Positions 49,724 through 58,629 are shown, counted from the first letter of the stretch. The stretch is DNA of 64,000 bases from Candidatus Woesebacteria bacterium (GCA_021208605.1 JAJOJK010000001.1:5257-69256); one strand, 5' to 3'. Numbers and translations: made by a program. The notes: a model not told the origin generated them from the sequence alone.

Positions 49724-49984
49724 ATGAAAATAAAAAATATTCAAAAGGTCGAAGAACGCAGAAAAGAAAAGCAAGCTTTTGCCAAGAAACTTGGCGACCA
49801 TCTTCGAAAGGTTCGTAACAAGGTAGGAAAAAGCCAGGAAGACCTCTCAATGGATGCTGGCTACTACCGTACGTATGTTGGCAAGATCGAGCAAGGTCAC
49901 TATTCTCCAAGTGCTCACACCATTTGGCGACTAGCTCATACTCTGGGAATGAGCTTGGATGAGTTTTTTGAGGGGTTTAAGTAA
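49724..49984 (+). CDS. XRE-family (Cro/C1-type) helix-turn-helix transcriptional regulator
   Basis: LRKVRNKVGKSQEDLSMDAGYYRTYVGKIEQG...LGMSLDEFF is a classic HTH_XRE. Confidence 0.75.
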   Translation: MKIKNIQKVEERRKEKQAFAKKLGDHLRKVRNKVGKSQEDLSMDAGYYRTYVGKIEQGHYSPSAHTIWRLAHTLGMSLDEFFEGFK

Positions 49985-50074
49985 AACCTTTATTTTTTGA
50001 TTTAAAGCAATCAGTAGCATTCACTTACATAGTGGTAAAATTAGCGTGTTTTATAGATAGACTAGCTAGGTTAT

Positions 50075-51268
50075 ATGAAGCTTAAGACAATTGATAAAAA
50101 AGATTTGCGCGAAATCATCCAGAGTGGGCACATTAATTTTTTAATTGGTTCTGGTTGCTCTTCTGGCTATCTCCCAATGCTTGGCGATATTGAAAAAAGA
50201 ATGAATGATCCTGCTACTGAGGAGGATTCAAAGAAACAGTATCTTGCCATTATTAATAAATCAAAAGCGATTCTGGATGAAAATAGAGAAACAGATCAAT
50301 CTGAAAAAGCAAACCTACTGAAAACAAAAAAAGCGTATGGTGATTTCCTAAATTTCTGGTTAGAAACACTATCCAGGAGAGCATTACCAATCGTAAACAA
50401 GCAAATCAACGTTTTTACAACAAACTTTGATATGTTTATTGAAGATGCTTGTGAATCATCAAGTATCCCTTACAACGATGGATTTTCTGGACAAATAAAA
50501 CCTGAATTTGATCCAGCAAACTTTAATCGAATCCAAAAGTATAAAACTCTCCAGTTCGATAACATTTCTGATTTCCCTCTATTTAACATAGTAAAATTGC
50601 ATGGCTCTCTTTCATGGGAAGCGACGACAGATAAAACAATTGTATATTCCCAAGGGGATCACATTAAAGACAATCTGGGTACATTGTCAGGTTCTGCTTT
50701 TCTCGATGAGTATAAAAGCCAAGTCGCTGTAATTAATCCGAATGCGGAGAAACATTATGAAACTGTTCTGGATATTAGACATGCAGCACTCTTAAGAAAA
50801 TTCACATTAGAACTAGAAAAAGAAAACAGTATTTTATTTGTATTTGGAACCTCATTGGGTGATGGTCACATTAAGCACTTACTTGATACCGTAATGAGAA
50901 CGAATCCTACGTTGATAGTACTTTACTTTTCATTTTCTCCATATCAAACAGATAGGCTTGGCGAGAAAAAATATCCCAACCTATATGTTGTATACCCAGA
51001 CTTAAAGATAGAATCGTTTGATGCAGTGTTCGGCAGTGAGAGCAGGCATCAATGGGAGTCGTTCGTGGTGGATCCAAATGCTGAGAAAATTGAACCTGTA
51101 GATGAGATCAAGACCAGATTACATGAAATTTCAGAGGACACAGATGAAGGTATCGAATTAAAAAATAAATTGAAGTCCATTTTCGAATTCACTTTTGAGA
51201 AGAATACAGAATTTTTAATGGAGATCTTTCAAAAAAAGGTAGTTGATAATGAGCAACGAGAAATTTGA
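50075..51268 (+). CDS. SIR2-like (SIR2_2/DUF4020-type) NAD-utilising effector of a SIR2-HerA defense pair
   Basis: Gly-rich loop FLIGSGCSSGYLP, VFTTNFDMFIE (TTNYD-like) and KLHGSLSW (HGS) motifs. Confidence 0.65.
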   Translation: MKLKTIDKKDLREIIQSGHINFLIGSGCSSGYLPMLGDIEKRMNDPATEEDSKKQYLAIINKSKAILDENRETDQSEKANLLKTKKAYGDFLNFWLETLSRRALPIVNKQINVFTTNFDMFIEDACESSSIPYNDGFSGQIKPEFDPANFNRIQKYKTLQFDNISDFPLFNIVKLHGSLSWEATTDKTIVYSQGDHIKDNLGTLSGSAFLDEYKSQVAVINPNAEKHYETVLDIRHAALLRKFTLELEKENSILFVFGTSLGDGHIKHLLDTVMRTNPTLIVLYFSFSPYQTDRLGEKKYPNLYVVYPDLKIESFDAVFGSESRHQWESFVVDPNAEKIEPVDEIKTRLHEISEDTDEGIELKNKLKSIFEFTFEKNTEFLMEIFQKKVVDNEQREI

Positions 51269-53135
51269 TTTACAAGATGATCTTGCAAGCAATTCTGTTT
51301 TCACAATTGGGAATGTTTTCAGTGTTAGAGGAAAAGATATTGTTGTCAGAGTAAACAAAGATAAAAACCTCCCTCACCTCTTTTTTAAGGGTAAAACAGT
51401 AAAGAACGTTTCTGTAGGCCTGTCCAACTATGTAAAGATTCTTAAAGGATTTACAGAAATAATTTGCAAAGTTGAGGGCGAGTATTTAGAAGAAGACAAG
51501 TTTCAAACTAAAAAAACGTATGCCAATGAAAAGCAGAAAATTGAAAGGTTTCTCAACGTATCTGTCTTCGGTTTTTATGATAACGAAGGACAATTTCAGC
51601 ATGGTATAAAAGAAATGCCGTTAATCGGCAGTGAGTGTCGAATATTATCTAGAGAAGAGTTTGAGAGACTACATGAGTTATCAAATGATGATCTGTCAAT
51701 CCCTTTGGGAACACTTATTGACGAAGAAACTCAGGAAATATCTGTCTCGGTAAATAATCTTTTTGCAGGACATATAGGCATATTCGGAAATACTGGATCT
51801 GGAAAGTCAAATACTCTTGCCAAAATGTTTACCGAGTTATTCGCTTTGCAATCAAACAATAGTAATTTTAACTCCAAATCAAAGTTTATTTTTATAGACT
51901 TTAATGGCGAATACTCAGGTGATTTAACGTTATCAACTCCTAAAGAAATTTACAAACTCAATACTGAAATAGAACTGGAACACACCCGGTCAGAGAATAA
52001 AATTCCACTAACTGAGAAAAGCTTTATTGACCTTGAATTACTCTCAATATTGTCTAATGCTTCTGAAAAAACTCAAAAACCTTTTTTGAGTAGAGCTGTT
52101 AATTTGTATAAAAAAATAATAATAAAAGAAGAAGAAGATCCACTTGAATACTTTAAGAACATTCTGAAAATTAACGCTCTGCGAATCTTAAAGTTGAAAA
52201 ATAAGGACTTAGCATTCTTATGTCTAGACAGATATAAGCAAATATTAAAAATTCAAAATGATGATACGGAATTTACAATACCCGAATGGCATAACACTCA
52301 TTCCTATTTCAAATGTGGTGGTGAAGCCGACTATGACAATATATCTGATGAACAATATAAATCACAACCTATTTATATTAGAGCGGATGACTACACATTC
52401 CCTGAGAATATAATTGAAAAATTCTTGGATATAGCTAGAGTGCAATTATTATATGATTTACTTGATTACAGAGTTCAGAATGAACATGTTTACCCATGTA
52501 TAACTAAGCTTGAAAGTATTAAAAAGAGTATTAAAAAAGTAATTGATACTTCTGTAAATCATAATAGAGATATTTTCCGCCAGCATAACTTAGCAGTTAT
52601 CGATCTTAAATTCTCGAATAGAGAAATCAAAAAGGCAATCCCATTAGTTGTTTTGAAATGGTTGTATGAGAATCATAAAAACACATATGATGGCAACTCA
52701 TCGCTGCATATAGTTATTGATGAAGCTCATAATATCTTATCCGAGAACTCGGTCCGAGAATCAGAAACCTGGAAGGATTACAGACTTGAAACATTTGAAG
52801 AGATTATTAAAGAGGGTAGGAAGTTTGGAGTTTTCTTGACAATTGCCAGCCAAAGACCTTCTGATATTTCTCCTACAATAATTTCTCAGCTACATAATTA
52901 CTTTATTCACAAGTTAATGAATGAAAATGACTTAAGAGCTATTAATAAAGCTGTTAGTTATTTAGATAAGTTGTCATTTGACTCAATATCAAATCTTTCC
53001 AAAGGATGTTGTTTTATTGCTGGCCAACTCACACAATTTCCTCTCTCAGTAAAAGTGAAGTTGCTAGATAAACCTTTACAACCCAAAAGCGAAACGATTA
53101 ATCTGGATAAGCTTTGGAGGGGTAGAGGTAATTAA
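51249..53135 (+). CDS. HerA-like (DUF87) P-loop ATPase/helicase partner of SIR2
   Basis: Walker A GNTGSGKSNT, Walker B HIVIDEAHNIL, TIASQRPSDIS (HerA family); the ATG overlaps the SIR2 gene by 20 nt. Confidence 0.75.
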   Translation: MSNEKFDLQDDLASNSVFTIGNVFSVRGKDIVVRVNKDKNLPHLFFKGKTVKNVSVGLSNYVKILKGFTEIICKVEGEYLEEDKFQTKKTYANEKQKIERFLNVSVFGFYDNEGQFQHGIKEMPLIGSECRILSREEFERLHELSNDDLSIPLGTLIDEETQEISVSVNNLFAGHIGIFGNTGSGKSNTLAKMFTELFALQSNNSNFNSKSKFIFIDFNGEYSGDLTLSTPKEIYKLNTEIELEHTRSENKIPLTEKSFIDLELLSILSNASEKTQKPFLSRAVNLYKKIIIKEEEDPLEYFKNILKINALRILKLKNKDLAFLCLDRYKQILKIQNDDTEFTIPEWHNTHSYFKCGGEADYDNISDEQYKSQPIYIRADDYTFPENIIEKFLDIARVQLLYDLLDYRVQNEHVYPCITKLESIKKSIKKVIDTSVNHNRDIFRQHNLAVIDLKFSNREIKKAIPLVVLKWLYENHKNTYDGNSSLHIVIDEAHNILSENSVRESETWKDYRLETFEEIIKEGRKFGVFLTIASQRPSDISPTIISQLHNYFIHKLMNENDLRAINKAVSYLDKLSFDSISNLSKGCCFIAGQLTQFPLSVKVKLLDKPLQPKSETINLDKLWRGRGN

Positions 53136-54031
53136 TGTTGTTCTGCAATCACTTGCAAGTATCTTTCAAGTAATTGCCTATTCAGAATCATAAGGTTAAT
53201 ATCATATTCCATCAGAGCCTGTTTGTTTTTCCACAGAGCGATAAACCCGCCAGCGTCCTCAAAACCAGCAAGTTTACCTGTATGGATGTATTGTGATCTA
53301 ACTGGATGATAAAGTTTTTTCATCAAAGAAACCCACGTTTGAGAATAGGGCTCATCTATAAGATCATTTATGAGTTTTGCCATTTCTTGAACATGACTTG
53401 TGCTGTGAGAGAGTGCAGAGACTTCCTCGCATTCCGGGCATATAAGCTTTACTTCTTTTTCATGTACACTATGTGGTTCATCAGCCAACTGGTTTATTGA
53501 TGCCAAGTGTAGTGTCATGTACAAGGTGTATCGATACTGTGGATTAGGTAGATGAGCAATTTCTCGTGCATGGCAATAAGTTTGCAATGCTTGCCAAAAT
53601 TTTGTTTGTTTTTCAGGTGGTAGTTTATGAATGAGTTGAACATATGCAGCGATTCTGAGTGGCAAATCCCAATCCAACTGATTACCAAAGCGAATTTCTG
53701 GATTATAGAATTTTGAGGCTAGGTTACTTTCAATGAACTGATCAATTTCTTCATCTACTGTTTCCCAACGACACATAGGGATATTTGTATATGATAGACA
53801 AATAAGGTTTTTTATTCGTTCAACACTCTTATAGGAAGTTTCTTCATTTAGTTCACTTTTTATATCAAGGATTATCCCTAGTTCACCATCGTGTTCCATG
53901 CCCAAATGAGATCGACCCTTATAAGCAAAAATTTTCCCACCCTGAATAATAGAGTCGGCTAATGCTGGGAAAGTATATGATGGTTCTTTTGAGTTATAAA
54001 CGAACCCAGGAATGTATGTAAAAAGCAACAT
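53132..54031 (-). CDS. Hypothetical protein convergent on HerA (stop codons overlap)
   Basis: 299 aa, AT-rich, no recognisable motif. Confidence 0.45.
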   Translation of the reverse strand: MLLFTYIPGFVYNSKEPSYTFPALADSIIQGGKIFAYKGRSHLGMEHDGELGIILDIKSELNEETSYKSVERIKNLICLSYTNIPMCRWETVDEEIDQFIESNLASKFYNPEIRFGNQLDWDLPLRIAAYVQLIHKLPPEKQTKFWQALQTYCHAREIAHLPNPQYRYTLYMTLHLASINQLADEPHSVHEKEVKLICPECEEVSALSHSTSHVQEMAKLINDLIDEPYSQTWVSLMKKLYHPVRSQYIHTGKLAGFEDAGGFIALWKNKQALMEYDINLMILNRQLLERYLQVIAEQH

Positions 54032-54072
54032 TATGTTGATTATACTTTCTTGCTATGAAATAGTAATTCCAT

Positions 54073-54543
54073 ATGCCAGAACTTACTCGCAACGAACTTG
54101 CTATCGAAGATCTGCGCCGGCGTGCTAAGGATAATAAGGCCCAAAATGCTGCTCAATTCGCAACCCTGTCAGAGTCATATCTTGATAAAACAAGAAATGT
54201 TCTTTTTCTCATCAGTTTTGCTATCCTGACGTACTTAGGCGCAATTCAAAAAACTTTAACTACTTGTGAAACTGTATTTTTACTTGCTTCAATAATTTTT
54301 GGCATAGTTTCATATTTGGGGTCATATCGCTATGCTTGGGCGCTAAGCCGTTACTACTCTGATCTTGAACGCAATTTAGCAAGAGCGTTTCCGAGTCAGG
54401 AAGAATATAACCAGATGCTGTTGAATGAGTCGAGTATTAGTACGCAACATTCAAGAAGACATGTTCCTCAATTTTTTGCACTTGGATTTCTTCTTGCTCA
54501 GGCTCTAGTACTTTTCTCTACACTTTTGGGAATTTTTATCTAA
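54073..54543 (+). CDS. Hypothetical 3-TM membrane protein
   Basis: 156 aa; hydrophobic helices LFLISFAILTYLGAI, VFLLASIIFGIVSYLG and a C-terminal helix. Confidence 0.4.
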   Translation: MPELTRNELAIEDLRRRAKDNKAQNAAQFATLSESYLDKTRNVLFLISFAILTYLGAIQKTLTTCETVFLLASIIFGIVSYLGSYRYAWALSRYYSDLERNLARAFPSQEEYNQMLLNESSISTQHSRRHVPQFFALGFLLAQALVLFSTLLGIFI

Positions 54544-54545
54544 TG

Positions 54546-55469
54546 TCAGTTCACCCGATTTGGAAATTTACTTTTTGTAGCCTGAATTATAGCCTCAACC
54601 CACTGCTCAGCATTCTTTCTCATAGAGTCTTCTGTACACCATGCCAGCTCTGGACCAGCCCAGACGTTACCTTTGTGATCGAGCATGCTAGGTTTACTCT
54701 CCTCAAAACCATATCCGAACAAACCGTCGTTAGCCACCATTTTTAAGAGCAGGTCATGGTTGTATACATTATGGATAATGCTGGCAAAAATAGCAGTTTT
54801 CTTCATTGATCCCAGCATTTCGTCCGTAATTAACCCGTGCGTTTCTTCATTTTGAGCTACGGTTGGAATGATGACATCCGAGGTTTTCATTAATTGTGAG
54901 AGTTCTACACGCTCAAATCGGTCGTCAGTAGTGTTCTTTGACCAGTACTGAACTTTCATACCTAATCCAGCCATATTTTCTGCTACTGAACGCCCAATGT
55001 TGCCTAAGCCAATAATACCTGCTGTTTTCCCTCGAAGTTCAATACCCTGGTGTTTGATGTAGTCCTGTTTCCACTCGTCCTTAATGATTACGGGCAGTCT
55101 TCGTGCTAACGCAAAAACCATCATTGTGGCCCACTCTGCCACTGCAATTTTAGAAAACCCTCTCAGGTTAATGACAGGAATACTAAGAGTCTTAGCGAAA
55201 TTCACATCGAGCCAACTAAATGAGGTAGTTTGCAAGACGATTGCCTTGAGGTGTGGAATGCGCTCAATGACATCATTAGGGACCTTCCAGTCACAGAAAT
55301 CTGGATCAATGGCCAAGATACGATCTTCATCGCCGGTAAATAGTCCCTCTACTGAGTCAAAGCCATTCACTTCTGAGTGGAAAATAACATCACCAGCTTG
55401 TTTAAGACTATCAATCTGATCTGGAGAAAAGAGTGCATTGATATTTGGGCTGATGAGAAAGATTTTCAT
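54546..55469 (-). CDS. D-isomer-specific 2-hydroxyacid dehydrogenase family (NAD-binding)
   Basis: Rossmann motif GIIGLGNIGRSVA and the catalytic R/E/H layout of D-2-hydroxyacid dehydrogenases. Confidence 0.75.
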   Translation of the reverse strand: MKIFLISPNINALFSPDQIDSLKQAGDVIFHSEVNGFDSVEGLFTGDEDRILAIDPDFCDWKVPNDVIERIPHLKAIVLQTTSFSWLDVNFAKTLSIPVINLRGFSKIAVAEWATMMVFALARRLPVIIKDEWKQDYIKHQGIELRGKTAGIIGLGNIGRSVAENMAGLGMKVQYWSKNTTDDRFERVELSQLMKTSDVIIPTVAQNEETHGLITDEMLGSMKKTAIFASIIHNVYNHDLLLKMVANDGLFGYGFEESKPSMLDHKGNVWAGPELAWCTEDSMRKNAEQWVEAIIQATKSKFPNRVN

Positions 55470-55618
55470 ATGGCCATTGTACCTCACGATACCCACCTAT
55501 TCTTATACCTCTTGATCAATCTATCTAGTTCTGGCACCTGCACTATCAACGGTATGCCCGCCACTTTACCTACTTCGGGGTCATGCACGCTGACCCACAA
55601 GTCTGTTACAATACGACT

Positions 55619-55846
55619 ATGTCTACAGAATTGTCAGTCGAATCCCTTTTTGAGCAAATGGTGCAAGGCCTTGAAATGACTCCTGAGCAACACACAAGAA
55701 TATTCCAAGCTATTCAGCAAGGTTTATTAGCTGAGCCACAAACCGATGGCCAGCTAGAAACTGATATTCGTCTTGTGCAGTGGATGGATCAAGATTCAGA
55801 CTCAGGTTCAGATTCTGAACCTCGTTTTGTTCGCAAGCTGCGTTAA
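55619..55846 (+). CDS. Small hypothetical acidic protein
   Basis: Internal ATG (MSTELSVESL); 75 aa. Confidence 0.3.
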   Translation: MSTELSVESLFEQMVQGLEMTPEQHTRIFQAIQQGLLAEPQTDGQLETDIRLVQWMDQDSDSGSDSEPRFVRKLR

Positions 55847-55931
55847 AGCATTTGCAGCCACTTTTCCAATTTTCTTGATGGGTATGTTACGGTCTACTGT
55901 ATGAAACAAGGCTACGTTGCATAGAAGTATT

Positions 55932-56318
55932 TTACTCGTTTTGGAGCTCGTGGGAATCAAGTGTGACAGAATACTTCTGAACAATTATTTCCCAATCTGA
56001 TCGCAATGTACTTAGGTACTCTTCATACTGGTCACTCGGCTTGACCCAAGTGATATCCAAAAGTGTGTGCAGGAGAAAAATGATGTCACTGATTCTATTA
56101 ATATATGGTTTGAAATGAAATTTTTTAGTCTTTGGGTGTATTAAACTCTGATGGATAAGTGCACTTATAGTTTGCTCATCAATTTTTCCTTCAAAGAAAT
56201 CTCGGCACATGTTACAAGATAATTGAATAAAATCCTGAAGAGTTTCTTTTTGGGGCATAAACTCGTTTATATAAGCAGAAAACATTTTTTGTTTATTTCC
56301 TTCTCGAAATATGGACAT
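55932..56318 (-). CDS. Hypothetical protein
   Basis: 128 aa, AT-rich, last low-GC gene of the island core. Confidence 0.4.
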   Translation of the reverse strand: MSIFREGNKQKMFSAYINEFMPQKETLQDFIQLSCNMCRDFFEGKIDEQTISALIHQSLIHPKTKKFHFKPYINRISDIIFLLHTLLDITWVKPSDQYEEYLSTLRSDWEIIVQKYSVTLDSHELQNE

Positions 56319-56397
56319 CCTAAATTTTACACTATCTCTTTCTTGAGTCTCCCCGCAAACCCTGCTAGAGTGATTTCTCTACCGAAGAAAGGAAACT

Positions 56398-56973
56398 ATG
56401 GCAGACGACATGACCAATGACAGCACAAAAATGCTCCCAGCAGACGACACGCAAGAACTTGAGGCCGGCGAAGCCGTAGAAAGCCTGGAAGCCGGTGATG
56501 ATACCGATGCATTACCAGATGGCTACGAAATTGTCGCTACCGACGAAGCGACTGTCGAAGACAACGTTGAGCAAGCCGAACAATTCGGCGAAGCCCTCAC
56601 TTCTCTCCAGAACATTATTCAACGCTACTCTGATCAATATGATCAAGTGAACTCTCGCTACAAAGATCTGCGCGAGATGATGAAAAATATGTTTGACAAT
56701 GACGCTGAGTTGCAAGAGCTGTCCGAACAAGCCAAGACAGCGCAGCAAGACGCCAAGATGCGTAAACAACGCATTAAGGAGTCGCCAGAGTCAGTCGAGC
56801 TCCAGATGAAGATGAAAGAGACCAAAGAAGAAATTAACGAGATTCAAGAGACCTTGAATAACCACCTTTTGCGCTACTACCAGATGACTGGTTCGCAAGT
56901 GATCGAAGAGCCAGATGGCACGGAGCGTGAATTCAAGATTTCTGCCCGTCTCAAGTCAAAAAAGGCATCGTAA
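56398..56973 (+). CDS. Hypothetical acidic coiled-coil protein
   Basis: 191 aa, normal GC, Asp/Glu-rich N-terminus. Confidence 0.45.
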   Translation: MADDMTNDSTKMLPADDTQELEAGEAVESLEAGDDTDALPDGYEIVATDEATVEDNVEQAEQFGEALTSLQNIIQRYSDQYDQVNSRYKDLREMMKNMFDNDAELQELSEQAKTAQQDAKMRKQRIKESPESVELQMKMKETKEEINEIQETLNNHLLRYYQMTGSQVIEEPDGTEREFKISARLKSKKAS

Positions 56974-57023
56974 CACCAGCTTTTTGTTACATTTTTGTTT
57001 GCATTGATTGGTATAATAGAAGT

Positions 57024-58051
57024 ATGAGGGCAGGTGTCCGCATCCTACTGGTTACCCTATTTATACTCTTCGGATTTTTGAGGAGTGCTTCGGCTGCGGC
57101 GGCAACTGACTACGGTATGCACGTTCTGCGTCCAGAAGAGATAGAGACAATTGCCGCGCAGACAACCGAGTTGCGTCAAGAAAGCTCGGCGCCGCTCTAT
57201 GTAACGCTGCCATTCAGTTTAGACGATACTAAAGATTTAGATCGTTGGCGCACCGCCTTTCGGGTGGCTAAAGAGAATAACATCGTGCCTCTGGTGCGCC
57301 TGGTGACTCGTTTTGACACCGAGGCAAATGCCTGGGCAGTGCCGATCAGTACGAAATCGTGCAACTAACTAGTGCCTTAAACCAACTAGAGTGGCCACAG
57401 ACTGAGCGCCACGTCATTCTCTTTAATGAACCAAACCACGCGGCTGAATGGGGTGGCACTACTGATCCCGAAAGCTATGCTAGCATTTCATACTTTGCCG
57501 CCCAGTGGCTGAATACCGAGTCTGAAAACTACGTCGTTTTGCCGGCAGCTGCAGACTTAGCAGCTCCTAATGGACCAGTTACTATGGAAGCGTTCACTTT
57601 TTGGAAGCGAGCTTTGGCGGCAGAGCCTGACCTGCTCTACCAACTTGATGCCTGGAACTCGCATAGCTATCCAAATCCAGGTTTTGTGGCTGCTCCAACT
57701 CGTACAGGTCAAAACAGCTTGCGCGGTTTTGAACATGAGTTAGCTTTTTTGGACCAATACCAGATTAAAGAGTGGAAAGTCTATATCACCGAAACTGGCT
57801 GGCGCCAGACACCAACCAATGCGCGCAGCATGGCTTACTATTATGAATACGCGCATGAGAATATCTGGAACCACTCTCAAGTTGTCGCTGTGACACCATT
57901 CCTCTGGCAAGGTGCTCCAGGGCCATTTGCCGAGTTTAGTTTGCAAAACGAGGCGCAGAGTTTGACCTACCAAGGCGAAGCTCTCTTTGATTTGATCGCG
58001 CAGTCCGCAGCCGTATTGCTAACTGATAGCGCGGCGGCCTCTGGACGTTAG
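57024..58051 (+). pseudogene. Clan GH-A glycoside hydrolase-like gene (signal peptide; NEP acid/base and ITETGW nucleophile motifs) split into two frames near 57359
   Basis: Track ORFs 57024-57368 (frame 0, signal peptide) and 57359-58051 (frame 2, carrying VILFNEPNH and YITETGW) overlap by 10 nt. Confidence 0.5.
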
Positions 58052-58088
58052 TTTTGAAGCCTGTAATTCTGTAGAATAGAATGAAACT

Positions 58089-58534
58089 ATGCAAAAGAGA
58101 TGTTCTTCTTGCAAACTTCTTCTGAACGAAGAAGAATTTACGTGGAAGTATAAAAATGTAAAGAGATCCTTGTATTGTCGCACGTGTTCTCGGAGCTATG
58201 TCAGAGAACACTACAAAAGAATCGAGCCTATTATCTCAATAAAGCTCATCAGCAAAATAAAATAAAAAGAGATAAAATACAGCTACTTATAGGCAAGTAT
58301 CTTTCATCTCATCCCTGTGTTGATTGCGGCGAAACAGATATTCTTGTTTTGGAGTTTGATCATAGAGAAAGAAGCAGTAAAATAGGAGCAATTAGCGACT
58401 TAGTGAGAAAGGGTCTCCCTTTCTCAGCAATTCGCCAAGAGATGAGTAAGTGCGAAGTCCGCTGTGCAAACTGCCACCGCAGGAAAACAGCAGTGGAAAA
58501 CAAGAGTTGGAAACTCAATTTTTCGCGCCCGTAG
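58089..58534 (+). pseudogene. HNH homing-endonuclease-like protein (N-terminal Cys4 finger + HNH), frameshifted in an A4 run (about 58215)
   Basis: 59-aa ORF (CSSCK...CRTC) in one frame and 58175-58534 in another with CVDCGE...EFDH...CANCH; one extra A would join them (…EHYKKNRAYY…). Confidence 0.55.
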
Positions 58535-58599
58535 CTCAATGGATAGAGCACCTGTCTTCGGAACAGGGTTTGTTGGGGGTTCGAGTCCCTCCGGGCGCA
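58525..58599 (+). tRNA. tRNA-Arg(TCG), CCA not encoded
   Basis: Acceptor GCGCCCG/CGGGCGC, D-arm GCTCAATGGATAGAGC, anticodon arm CCTGT-CTTCGGA-ACAGG, T-loop TTCGAGT. Confidence 0.85.
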
Positions 58600-58629
58600 C
58601 ATAAAAAAGCATTTTGCTATACTCTTCTT

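Larger units (their letters stand above)
45267..58524. mobile_element. Integrative genomic island at tRNA-Arg(TCT) (AT-rich core about 47.1-56.3 kb); right boundary uncertain, possibly up to tRNA-Arg(TCG)
   Basis: The serine integrase abuts and overlaps the tRNA 3' end; GC content drops sharply; cargo includes defense, regulatory and phage-like genes; a second tRNA-Arg sits at the far side. Confidence 0.5.

Noticed and set aside
58525-58599. tRNA-Arg(TCG) as the attR partial repeat of the island
   Set aside because: It is a complete, self-consistent tRNA with a different anticodon and its own acceptor pairing. So it is a genuine gene rather than a duplicated att fragment, and the true right border remains unresolved.
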